A DNA stretch of 64,000 nt from a virus. This document shows, one piece after another, positions 54,206 through 62,361 of this stretch (position 1 is its first letter; the number at the start of each line of letters is the position of its first letter). A program made the translations under genes and the position numbers. The notes below the pieces were generated by a model. The model ran no database searches. It saw only the letters and a list, made by a program, of their open reading frames with translations, and was not told where the DNA came from. The stretch lies in the IMG/VR virus record IMGVR_UViG_3300008952_000004, positions 125,714 to 189,713 of that record; one strand, 5' to 3'.

Positions 54206-55465
54206 ATGACATTTGATCTGAATAAGCATGTTGCTCGTCTTTTAATGAACGAGCCTTTCTTTGCAGCGCTCTCTAGAACAGTAGATAAGAAGGTTGGTCC
54301 TATTCCAACTGCTTGTGTTCGTGTCAACCCTGACACCGCTCGTTTTGAAATGATGTATAACCCTGAGTTCCTAGCACCTCTTACTGATACGGAGTTGACT
54401 GGGATTCTCAAGCATGAGTTCTATCACTTGCTCTTCGAGCACGTTACAGGTCGTATGCCAGAAGAGGTTCGCGCTGACTTCGCGAAGTACGGCAAGTGTT
54501 GGAACTTCGCAACTGACCTCGCTATTAACTCCCACCTGATTAATGAATTGCCCGAAGGCGCGTTGATCCCTGGCGTTGCGCCATTCGAAGATCTTCCTGC
54601 TGGTCGGTCTGCTGAGTGGTACTACGAAGAATTAAAAAAGCAAGCTGAAGAGGGTGGTGATCCGGATGACGGTGAAGGTCAGGAGGGTGACGAGGGAGAA
54701 GAAGGAGAAGGTCCTGCTAACGGAGAACAGGGCGAGGGTGAAGAAAATAAAAAAGGTTCCGGTAAAGGTAAGCCTCAGACCCTTGATGACCACTCGATGT
54801 GGGGAGACACTCCTGAGACTGCACGAGAGATTGCTAAAGAGCGTCTTAAAGAAACAGTAAAGAAGGCAGCAGCGGAAGCTGCCAAAGCTGGTAGCTGGGG
54901 AAGCGTTGGCAGTGACTGTCGCCGAGACATCACTGACCGTCTGTTGACCACTAAGGTTGACTGGCGTAACGTTCTCCGTTACTTCATCAAGACAAGCCAG
55001 AAGGCTAACCGTCGCTCCACTATCAAGCGGATCAACAAGCGTTACCCTTACATTCATCCCGGTCGCAAGCAGACCCGTCAGGCTAAGATTGCTATCAGCA
55101 TTGACCAATCGGGTAGTGTTAATGACCAGATGCTTCAAGCGTTCTTCGCTGAGTTGAACAAGCTGGCTGCTCTTGCTGAGTTTACAGTGATTCCTTTTGA
55201 TACTGAAGTTGCTGAGACTAAGATCTTCACATGGAAGAAGGGCGAGAAGCGAAAGTGGGAACGTGTTGCTTGTGGTGGTACTTGCTTCGAGGCTCCAACA
55301 GACTACGTTAATAAGAATAACTTTGATGGTCATATCGTCCTAACTGATATGTGCGCTCCAAAGCCTAAGGCTAGCAAGTGTCAACGAATGTGGATGACTA
55401 CTGAGTATTACGCTAAGAACCCATACTTTAAAACTAGCGAGCGTGTTATCGGAATCGAAACTTAG
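54206..55465 (+). CDS. DUF2201-type putative metallopeptidase + VWA-like domain protein
   Basis: HEFYH, NFATDLAIN, acidic linker, DDHSMW, IDQSGS MIDAS, GGT, LTD. Confidence 0.85.
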   Translation: MTFDLNKHVARLLMNEPFFAALSRTVDKKVGPIPTACVRVNPDTARFEMMYNPEFLAPLTDTELTGILKHEFYHLLFEHVTGRMPEEVRADFAKYGKCWNFATDLAINSHLINELPEGALIPGVAPFEDLPAGRSAEWYYEELKKQAEEGGDPDDGEGQEGDEGEEGEGPANGEQGEGEENKKGSGKGKPQTLDDHSMWGDTPETAREIAKERLKETVKKAAAEAAKAGSWGSVGSDCRRDITDRLLTTKVDWRNVLRYFIKTSQKANRRSTIKRINKRYPYIHPGRKQTRQAKIAISIDQSGSVNDQMLQAFFAELNKLAALAEFTVIPFDTEVAETKIFTWKKGEKRKWERVACGGTCFEAPTDYVNKNNFDGHIVLTDMCAPKPKASKCQRMWMTTEYYAKNPYFKTSERVIGIET

Positions 55466-55503
55466 GTCGAGGGTTATAAAAATAATAAACTTAAAGACAA
55501 TAA

Positions 55504-55830
55504 GTGATGCAGAAAGATATTTATAGAGGTATGCCAGAAGAAGGACATAACGCTAGGGTAATAGACCTAACTGCATTCAGGCTAGAGAAGATGCTAGACG
55601 ATAACTCTGCGGATGAGTGGCTGCATCAGATCTTACTTGATATCCTAGGGGACTATTACTTAGGACTAATAGCTATAGGATGGGAAGAAGGGTTACCAAT
55701 CATTATGCCCACCGCTGACTCTTGGCATTGGAGTAAAGGTATACCACCAGGCTTCTCTATTATTAGCCACGAGGCAGAGAGGATAATAGATAAGGAGTAC
55801 TCCGACGATGATGACTATGATGGAGACTAG
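55504..55830 (+). CDS. Hypothetical acidic protein
   Basis: 108 aa ORF. Confidence 0.5.
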   Translation: MMQKDIYRGMPEEGHNARVIDLTAFRLEKMLDDNSADEWLHQILLDILGDYYLGLIAIGWEEGLPIIMPTADSWHWSKGIPPGFSIISHEAERIIDKEYSDDDDYDGD

Positions 55831-55968
55831 CTTGACAGCTAGGGGTATATATGATAGGGGGGTACCGGTACCACCTACCCTACCCCTCTCCTACCGGAAT
55901 CTATGTCCCACCCCCCTAGGAGGGGGTATTTTGGGGGCTAGGGTCATTTTCGATATCGCCGAGAAAAA

Positions 55969-56256
55969 TTGAGATTTGAAGAACTAAAAATTATGCCCAA
56001 AAAAAAAGAAGTAAAAGTAGGCGCGCTAGTAAAATGCTATCGGAGGAAAGTACCGGGGCTAGGACTGGTGCTTAAAACGTATACGAGACAAGAAGCGATC
56101 GAGGAGCACATCCAGACATGGCAATATAAAAAAGTGCCAGACGCAACCATCGCAAAGATTAAGTGGTTTCGCATACCATCGTGTTGGGATTATGGTGAAC
56201 CGGCAGAGAGTTATATGCCAGAGTCATGGTTAAGGGTTGTGAGTGAGGCAAAATGA
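55969..56256 (+). CDS. SH3/KOW-like small protein
   Basis: VKVGALV..GLGLVL..IKW..LRVVSEAK. Confidence 0.6.
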   Translation: MRFEELKIMPKKKEVKVGALVKCYRRKVPGLGLVLKTYTRQEAIEEHIQTWQYKKVPDATIAKIKWFRIPSCWDYGEPAESYMPESWLRVVSEAK

Positions 56257-56486
56257 CAGAAAATAAAAAAGAGTTTATTGAAAACATTATTAAATACGAA
56301 AATGGCGAGATGACAGAGGGCGAAGAGATTATTTTTTTTCAAGAGCTAGTCATTTCAGGGAAGCTATATTCACTACAGGGGCATTATCGTAGGCATGCCG
56401 AACGTCTTTTGCTAGAGGGAAAGATAGAAAGAGCAAAGATGTTTTGCGAAAGATTAAGAAATAACTTGACAACAGACGACAATTAG
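56253..56486 (+). CDS. Conserved phage-type hypothetical protein
   Basis: YENGEM..FQELV.SG..YSLQGHY.R.A..L motif. Confidence 0.65.
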   Translation: MTENKKEFIENIIKYENGEMTEGEEIIFFQELVISGKLYSLQGHYRRHAERLLLEGKIERAKMFCERLRNNLTTDDN

Positions 56487-56494
56487 TGTATATT
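56466..56494 (+). promoter_or_regulatory. sigma70-like promoter
   Basis: TTGACA-N17-TATATT, followed by N4-GTGT. Confidence 0.65.
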
Positions 56495-56518
56495 GCAAGT
56501 GTAGCAGGATAAGGCGAG

Positions 56519-56848
56519 ATGAAATATTTAAAAAATCATAGAGAGCTTTATAAGGAATATATTATTATTCAGAGAAGAGCGGACGATAATCTATATGGTG
56601 AAGAGTACAATGCGCGGAAGTATCGCGAGCACTTGGTATGGCGCTTTCCCAATGATTGGGGTGCCAGTTTGTCTTGTTCTTCTATGACGTCATATACGCC
56701 CGAGCTAGCAGTGCTTAGATATAAGAATGAAGAACCTGTATTGTCTTACAGTACTAGTATTACATCTGATGTAATCCCCGGAGTAACAGTACCAGATCTG
56801 GCTTTGCTTCTTGCCCGCATACAGGGGCTAGCCAATGAACGAACTTGA
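56519..56848 (+). CDS. Conserved phage-type hypothetical protein
   Basis: WRFPNDWGAS..ELAVL..YSTSITSDV motif. Confidence 0.65.
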   Translation: MKYLKNHRELYKEYIIIQRRADDNLYGEEYNARKYREHLVWRFPNDWGASLSCSSMTSYTPELAVLRYKNEEPVLSYSTSITSDVIPGVTVPDLALLLARIQGLANERT

Positions 56849-57203
56849 TGACGACGTATTAATCCCAGACCCCTCTTGGGGCAATTACGAATTATTTAAA
56901 GTATACGAAGAAATAACAATGGAGAGCAAGATGCGACGATCAAAAAGAAAGCAGCAACTAACAGCGGAACAGCGTTTGCAGTTCAAACGTGAGCGTGAAG
57001 CTCTAGTCGGTAAATTAATTACGCAGAAAGGTCCGCTTTGCGGCGCTTTGGTAAAAGAGCACGTCAGAGGCTCTCAGTACGTCGTTTGCCTTGCAAATGG
57101 TACCGAGGCATATGTTAGTCATAAAAAGGCTCACAGGGGGCATTCTAAGCCCTCTACAAGCCTCTCTGGCGAAGGCTGGCGTTTGTGGGAGGATCGCAAC
57201 TAG
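56835..57203 (+). CDS. Hypothetical protein
   Basis: 122 aa coupled ORF. Confidence 0.5.
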   Translation: MNELDDDVLIPDPSWGNYELFKVYEEITMESKMRRSKRKQQLTAEQRLQFKREREALVGKLITQKGPLCGALVKEHVRGSQYVVCLANGTEAYVSHKKAHRGHSKPSTSLSGEGWRLWEDRN

Positions 57204-57205
57204 AC

Positions 57206-57634
57206 ATGTCGGATTACGAGAAACTTGAAGCTGTCGCTGCCTTGGCTCATCGACAATGGTGTAACTGGGCAAGATACATGCTAGATAATTTAACTGAAGA
57301 GAATAAGGTAAGATGGTATAAGCAAATTGATACTAGCTATCTAGAGTTGCCCGAAACACAAAAAGATAGTGATCGGGCTTGGGCTGCGCTTTATTTATTC
57401 TTACTAAGTTCTGACCACCTAGATACCACTGAAGAAGACGTGAATATGGAACAAGCCGTTTATAAACAAATTAATAATATTCTTTCTGCCCTCGCGGAAG
57501 CTTATGGAAAAGACACTCAAAGTGCTGCTGGTTATCATGCCGCGTTAACCCACGTGAAAGCCGAAGTTGACAAATTACAAAAAGAACACAAAGTTGGCAT
57601 GGATGAGTTTGGTGCTGGTCTTGTGGATATTTAA
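57206..57634 (+). CDS. Hypothetical protein
   Basis: GGAGG SD before ATG 57206; AALAHRQW..W..Q..T.Y.EL. Confidence 0.55.
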   Translation: MSDYEKLEAVAALAHRQWCNWARYMLDNLTEENKVRWYKQIDTSYLELPETQKDSDRAWAALYLFLLSSDHLDTTEEDVNMEQAVYKQINNILSALAEAYGKDTQSAAGYHAALTHVKAEVDKLQKEHKVGMDEFGAGLVDI

Positions 57635-57884
57635 ATTTATGAGTCTCGACTCAAACATAGATCCACCCGAGAAGTTTACCGCTTCCTACCGCTATTTGCT
57701 TGGCATATTGTTTTTTAGCATTGTCTTATTATTGTCTATTGCCATATCGATAGGCAGTCCTACTAATTTCAATGAGTGTATCGAGAGATGTGATGATGCA
57801 CATAAACACAAAGTAATCACCGGTAGCTCTTGGCTAGACTGCGAAAAGAAGTGTTTAAAGAGATTCAAACCTAATCGAAGATAA
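57567..57884 (+). CDS. Membrane protein with Cys-rich C-terminus (start uncertain)
   Basis: TM LLGILFFSIVLLLSIAISI; CIERC..CEKKC. Confidence 0.45.
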   Translation: MTNYKKNTKLAWMSLVLVLWIFKFMSLDSNIDPPEKFTASYRYLLGILFFSIVLLLSIAISIGSPTNFNECIERCDDAHKHKVITGSSWLDCEKKCLKRFKPNRR

Positions 57885-57911
57885 AAAATTTTTCGGAAAG
57901 CTTTCTTTTAC

Positions 57912-57999
57912 TTGACAAAAATATTTTTTTGTGCGACAATTGTTGCGTAATGATGAAAGACAAAAAAAACTTGACTTCATCTGTATCGTATGATATATT
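57912..57999 (+). promoter_or_regulatory. Tandem sigma70-like promoters
   Basis: TTGACA-N17-GACAAT (57912-40) and TTGACT-N17-TATATT (57971-99; TGn, N4-ATGT). Confidence 0.7.
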
Positions 58000-58032
58000 C
58001 TGGATGTAGTATTGAGAAACGGAGTTTGTAGA

Positions 58033-58278
58033 ATGATTCAAATTGGCAATAAGGTTCGTAGTTTCGACTTTCAACAGCAACGCGATTGTTATATTGAAGG
58101 TGTTGTTGAAGGATTTAAAAAAGTCGAAGGTTGTATTCGATATGAAATTCGAGTAGAACGTAAAGTATGGGCTGGCGCAGAAGTTGATGAACCGCTGGCT
58201 TGTCACGTATATCCTCCTCTAAATGGTACGCCTCGCACGTTTGGTGGTGAGTGCAACGGTGTGGAGTTAATTGCATAA
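58033..58278 (+). CDS. SH3-like small protein
   Basis: GGAG SD; MIQIGNKVRS..GVVE..GVELI. Confidence 0.65.
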   Translation: MIQIGNKVRSFDFQQQRDCYIEGVVEGFKKVEGCIRYEIRVERKVWAGAEVDEPLACHVYPPLNGTPRTFGGECNGVELIA

Positions 58279-58413
58279 ATGTGGGTGTTTTATAATATCG
58301 CAACATCATCACAAGTGTCGACTGGCGCTGTGATGTTTATCGAGTTTGTCGCGACAGTTTTAATTGCAGGGTTGATTATTATGGCTCCTTCATTTTTTGA
58401 GAAGAAGAAATGA
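58279..58413 (+). CDS. Small single-TM protein (44 aa, absent from ORF track)
   Basis: FIEFVATVLIAGLIIMAP followed by KKK. Confidence 0.45.
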   Translation: MWVFYNIATSSQVSTGAVMFIEFVATVLIAGLIIMAPSFFEKKK

Positions 58414-58577
58414 TACAAGTCGGAGATTTAGTACGCGCCCAATTGGGCGACGATGGTGATTTAGGAATTGGTATTGTGGTTCGTGGCGGCAAACATGGCG
58501 TGGCAGTACAATTTATTGATAACAGTTACTGTTGGCTTAGTCCAAAATATTTAGAGGTGTTAAGTGAACGTCGGTGA
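58410..58577 (+). CDS. SH3/KOW-like small protein (55 aa, absent from ORF track)
   Basis: MIQVGDLVRA..GIGIVV..VAVQF..LEVLSERR. Confidence 0.7.
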   Translation: MIQVGDLVRAQLGDDGDLGIGIVVRGGKHGVAVQFIDNSYCWLSPKYLEVLSERR

Positions 58578-58788
58578 TATGGTGCAAGCAATTTCTTGGG
58601 GGGGTAGTTCCCCCGGTTGGGCGCCAGAAGGCGCGATCGGCATTGTTACCGAAAAAAGCGGTCGACTTTGCACAGTGGTGTGGCTTCAGAACAACACTAT
58701 GCCAAATGGTCAAAAGATTCGCCAGTCGGTTAGTTCAGATATGCAATTGCGAATAAAAGTACTTAGTCCTTCAGAACAGGGGAAATAA
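58564..58788 (+). CDS. SH3/KOW-like small protein (MKVGDLV family)
   Basis: MNVGDMV..GIVTE..VVW..IKVLS. Confidence 0.7.
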   Translation: MNVGDMVQAISWGGSSPGWAPEGAIGIVTEKSGRLCTVVWLQNNTMPNGQKIRQSVSSDMQLRIKVLSPSEQGK

Positions 58789-58878
58789 TTTGTTTAATAA
58801 GATAGATAAAGATTTATTAATAGAAATTTTTAATGCTGGCATACTCTTTGTAATGATATATGTGTTGACAGTATTAAT

Positions 58879-59061
58879 GTGTTGTTTGTAATCATAAAAG
58901 GAGAAAAAATGATTTCAAGAGAAGAAGAACTACAAATGATGAAAGACTTTATTGAAAAAAAGGGAGTCACAAAATTACCACCCGACGATCGACTGCGGGT
59001 ACAGAGCGCAGAATATTGGAAAGATAAAAAGAAAGAAAAAAGAAAGCGAAAGGAGAAATAA
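58879..59061 (+). CDS. Small basic hypothetical protein
   Basis: AAGGAG SD suggests the internal start MISREEE. Confidence 0.5.
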   Translation: MLFVIIKGEKMISREEELQMMKDFIEKKGVTKLPPDDRLRVQSAEYWKDKKKEKRKRKEK

Positions 59062-59062
59062 C

Positions 59063-59245
59063 ATGTATTTGTGCATATGCAACGCAATATCAGAACGCGA
59101 CTTGCAGAATGCAGCAAATCAATATGTGAGTGTGGAGGACTTTCTTTTGTCAAGAGAAAAAAATTACAAATGCGCGCTATGCAAAAAAATAATGGAGTCG
59201 CATTTCGAAATCCACAAGAAGGAAAATAAAAATGAAAAAAACTAG
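59063..59245 (+). CDS. bfd: Bacterioferritin-associated ferredoxin-like (BFD [2Fe-2S])
   Basis: MYLCICNAISERDL..CALC matches the Bfd pattern MYVCxCNGVSD..CGxC; AAGGAG SD. Confidence 0.8.
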   Translation: MYLCICNAISERDLQNAANQYVSVEDFLLSREKNYKCALCKKIMESHFEIHKKENKNEKN

Positions 59246-59570
59246 TTTAATACTATTCTTTATGATGTTCTCTTTATTGTTCGGTTGTGAGATCGGATTA
59301 GTTGATCACCATAAACATCGCCCGCATCACAATCATCATAATGCTGCTTCTGTAACCGTCACTCCGCTGGCTTGTAATTACGATGCTTATTATTACACTT
59401 TACCATATTATGATGAACCCCTCGTGTGTTATAACGACATCGATGGCTATGAATATTGCGAATGGGTCTTCTCAGGATATTTTCCATATAGTGAATGTTT
59501 AGAAGTATGGACCTATGATGATTTGGCTTGTTCTTGGGGACTGTTGGAAGAATATTGTTATCCGATATAG
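59232..59570 (+). CDS. Cys/Tyr-rich lipoprotein with His-rich segment
   Basis: MKKTSLILFFMMFSLLFGC lipobox-like signal; HHKHRPHHNHHN. Confidence 0.65.
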   Translation: MKKTSLILFFMMFSLLFGCEIGLVDHHKHRPHHNHHNAASVTVTPLACNYDAYYYTLPYYDEPLVCYNDIDGYEYCEWVFSGYFPYSECLEVWTYDDLACSWGLLEEYCYPI

Positions 59571-59806
59571 TTACGTCTGTGGACATCTTCAATCTAAACC
59601 CATGGCAATCCTTTACGATTGGTGATATGGTACAGCAACCAGCTACCGGACATATTGGTGTGTTAATAGAAAGAGAGCAGGGAAGGACTGGGTATTGGAT
59701 TGTCGAATGGATATTAGGTCCAAGAGGTGGCATCCTTAAAAAACGTGTACAGACTTATGAGTACGATAAAACTTTAAAACTATATGCGAAAGCAGCCGAG
59801 GCATAA
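59528..59806 (+). CDS. SH3/KOW-like small protein (start uncertain)
   Basis: TIGDMV..GHIGVLIE..VEW. Confidence 0.5.
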   Translation: MFLGTVGRILLSDIVTSVDIFNLNPWQSFTIGDMVQQPATGHIGVLIEREQGRTGYWIVEWILGPRGGILKKRVQTYEYDKTLKLYAKAAEA

Positions 59807-59853
59807 TATCACATCAATAAAATAAAATCTTAAATTATCTAGCCTTGTCTTTT

Positions 59854-59891
59854 ATGGCACTGTGCGCCTGCACAGTGCCATTTTGCGTTTT
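59854..59891 (+). terminator. Intrinsic terminator
   Basis: 12-bp stem ATGGCACTGTGC/GCACAGTGCCAT, 4-nt loop, T-rich tail. Confidence 0.8.
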
Positions 59892-59944
59892 TGCTCTTTT
59901 ATCCACACTCCAATATAATTACCACAAGAATAAAGGCTATATTT

Positions 59945-60232
59945 ATGGGTATAAAAATTGGAGATATCGTAATATTTAAATACCAAAGAGGCAACCCAGG
60001 TTGTAAAATCGGGTTGGTTATTAAAAAAGAGATGAGAGATATACAACCATATGGTACTTGGAACCGGGTTTTACCTCACCACGATATACCATTAACTAAC
60101 AATCGGGAAGAGATGTGTTGTTATTGTTTATGGACCCACAGAGAAAGGGTCGATGGCAGGGGACCGGGAAAGTGGTGGGCTCCTGAAAGAAATTTAATCT
60201 TATATGATGAGAGAGGAAAAGACGATGCTTGA
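59945..60232 (+). CDS. SH3/KOW-like small protein
   Basis: IKIGDIV..GLVIK. Confidence 0.6.
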   Translation: MGIKIGDIVIFKYQRGNPGCKIGLVIKKEMRDIQPYGTWNRVLPHHDIPLTNNREEMCCYCLWTHRERVDGRGPGKWWAPERNLILYDERGKDDA

Positions 60233-60347
60233 ATTTATTTCCACTGTGTGTTTAGTTTATATTTGTTACAAATTAAGCGCTCCCGATAATTGTGATGTCC
60301 CTTCGAAACATAAAAAATCTTGCCGAAGATATTAATATTTAATTTTA

Positions 60348-60569
60348 ATGGTCGATGAACATAAATCTAATTTAAATATAAAGGTAGGCGATTTAGTTAA
60401 ATGGCGATATTGGCAATCAGATGTGTTCGAAGGACGTCAACCAATTGGGCTTGTGGTAAAAATACATACGTTTTACACTCCAGCTTTTGTAGAAGTGTTA
60501 TATGTTAATGGTAAAATACAATATGAATCGATCGATGCGCTTGAATTGGTGAGTCTAAATAAAGAATAG
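60348..60569 (+). CDS. SH3/KOW-like small protein
   Basis: IKVGDLVKW..GLVVKI..LELVS. Confidence 0.7.
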   Translation: MVDEHKSNLNIKVGDLVKWRYWQSDVFEGRQPIGLVVKIHTFYTPAFVEVLYVNGKIQYESIDALELVSLNKE

Positions 60570-60612
60570 CATACTATTTATTCAAGCGATTGCCAGTGTA
60601 AAGGAACTCAAT

Positions 60613-60924
60613 ATGTCAACAATCACAAAGACTCAACTTAAACAAATTATTAAAGAAGAATACGAAGCAGTAACACGCGATAAATCCGTGACCGAAGGTA
60701 ACAATACAAGCCGAATGATTACGAAGCTTGAACTCATTCTAAACACAGTAGAAGGGGCTATGGGTTATATTGAAAACCCTGCCGCCGAACAACGCTTCCA
60801 AAGGGCTTTGGATCTCGGACAAGAACTTTGGGAAGAGATGCATAATCTACTCGAAACGAAATCAACCGCGACAGAGCCTGACGTCAATCACAAAGAAACA
60901 AATCATGGAGGAAACTTAAAATGA
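60613..60924 (+). CDS. Class B leader hypothetical protein
   Basis: MSTITKTQLKQIIKEE. Confidence 0.7.
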   Translation: MSTITKTQLKQIIKEEYEAVTRDKSVTEGNNTSRMITKLELILNTVEGAMGYIENPAAEQRFQRALDLGQELWEEMHNLLETKSTATEPDVNHKETNHGGNLK

Positions 60925-61226
60925 AAATCACAAGAGAACAACTTTTAAAAATTATTCAAGAAGAACTAGCCCACTCTGACATCGGCGCTGCGCGATCACC
61001 CGAAGAAGTATTTGCGTCTGCTGACGAAAGCCTCAATCAAGCACACAAGGATTTGCAGATGTTATCTATGCACCTTAAAAATGGAGGGTTTGATACGCAG
61101 CCAGTAGAAAAGATACTTAAGGACGTGGAGAACGATATCATCAATTTAAATGGTCTTGTGAAGGAAGATGTAGAAAAGCTTGGTTCTCTTAAGGGACCAC
61201 TTGAGAGAGGGACAAGAGACAAATGA
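60921..61226 (+). CDS. Class B leader hypothetical protein
   Basis: MKITREQLLKIIQEE. Confidence 0.7.
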   Translation: MKITREQLLKIIQEELAHSDIGAARSPEEVFASADESLNQAHKDLQMLSMHLKNGGFDTQPVEKILKDVENDIINLNGLVKEDVEKLGSLKGPLERGTRDK

Positions 61227-61720
61227 AAATCACAAAGTCACAATTGAAAAAAATTATTTTAGAAGAATATGCCGCTGTCCACGAACTTGGACCGGCAACA
61301 GGACACGAACCGCGCACCGCTCCACTTAAAGCACTACAAGAGATTATCGCAGCGCTCGCAGAGGTGGCTGGCATTATGAAAGATTCCCCTTCACATCGCC
61401 CTGCTGACGAATTCGCTGGTTATTTGAAAAGCATCAGTGAGGAGCTTCAAGCAATCTTTGACGAGTTTTATGGTATTGCCAAACGCACCGGGCATTTGGA
61501 TTTGCCTGAGGGACAAGGACCGAACACCACTAAGACAGATTTTCCAGCAGGTGCTTCTTCAGAATATCCAAAAATGCTGGACAGTTTATATGATGAGATG
61601 CAGAGCTACGAAGCTCGTTATGGAAAGGCACTTCCTAATCCTAAACTGTTGGAAGCTGTTTTGGATACTATTATAAGCCTAGAAGCACATTTAAAAAGAT
61701 TAGAGGAGTCACTTTATTAA
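61223..61720 (+). CDS. Class B leader hypothetical protein
   Basis: MKITKSQLKKIILEE. Confidence 0.7.
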   Translation: MKITKSQLKKIILEEYAAVHELGPATGHEPRTAPLKALQEIIAALAEVAGIMKDSPSHRPADEFAGYLKSISEELQAIFDEFYGIAKRTGHLDLPEGQGPNTTKTDFPAGASSEYPKMLDSLYDEMQSYEARYGKALPNPKLLEAVLDTIISLEAHLKRLEESLY

Positions 61721-62229
61721 TGAAAATCACCAAGTCACAATTGGAAAAAATTATTTTAGAAGAAATCGCTGCTGTTGAAAAAGAAGCCCTCACCGACCGC
61801 GATCTTGCCGGGGGAGACGAGTATGAAGGATTAGATAAAGCAAAATACATGCTTGGGCTATTGCTAGCAAAGATGTCCTCTGACCCAAATACAACAAGAT
61901 ACGCTGATCAGTTGGATAAAATTTTAGTGATGATGCAAGGCGCGGGCGTGAGTGAGGGACGCCTCCCGTTCGGTGATATACACCACGAATATAAACTTAT
62001 TAGAGAATTTGTTTTAAAGCTTCTCACAAAATACGGAGAAACTTATGTGATAGAATCTCTTCGAACGGTATTAGAAGAACTAGAAGATGGGATTCTTGCA
62101 AATGATTTAAATGAAAGGCAGACCGTTGAAGAATCTGACGAGAATTGGCCAACCAAGAGACATCCAGACTTTGAACAATCTAAGATGAAGAAGCTATGGA
62201 TCTTCAAAAGACTTGGGAAAGTGAAATAA
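61720..62229 (+). CDS. Class B leader hypothetical protein
   Basis: MKITKSQLEKIILEE. Confidence 0.7.
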   Translation: MKITKSQLEKIILEEIAAVEKEALTDRDLAGGDEYEGLDKAKYMLGLLLAKMSSDPNTTRYADQLDKILVMMQGAGVSEGRLPFGDIHHEYKLIREFVLKLLTKYGETYVIESLRTVLEELEDGILANDLNERQTVEESDENWPTKRHPDFEQSKMKKLWIFKRLGKVK

Positions 62230-62361
62230 TGAATCATCTACAAAACCAGTTTAACGCAGGATATCCTCTAGAAAAATCTTCTGAATTGCCAGTAATTCTT
62301 AAAGCACTAGATAACGTTCGTATTAAATTGAAAGATGCTCATAGAGGATCAATGAGAGAAA

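Noticed and set aside
55832-55860. sigma70 promoter at TTGACA 55832
   Set aside because: No acceptable -10 hexamer at 16-18 nt spacing (TAGGGG at 17).
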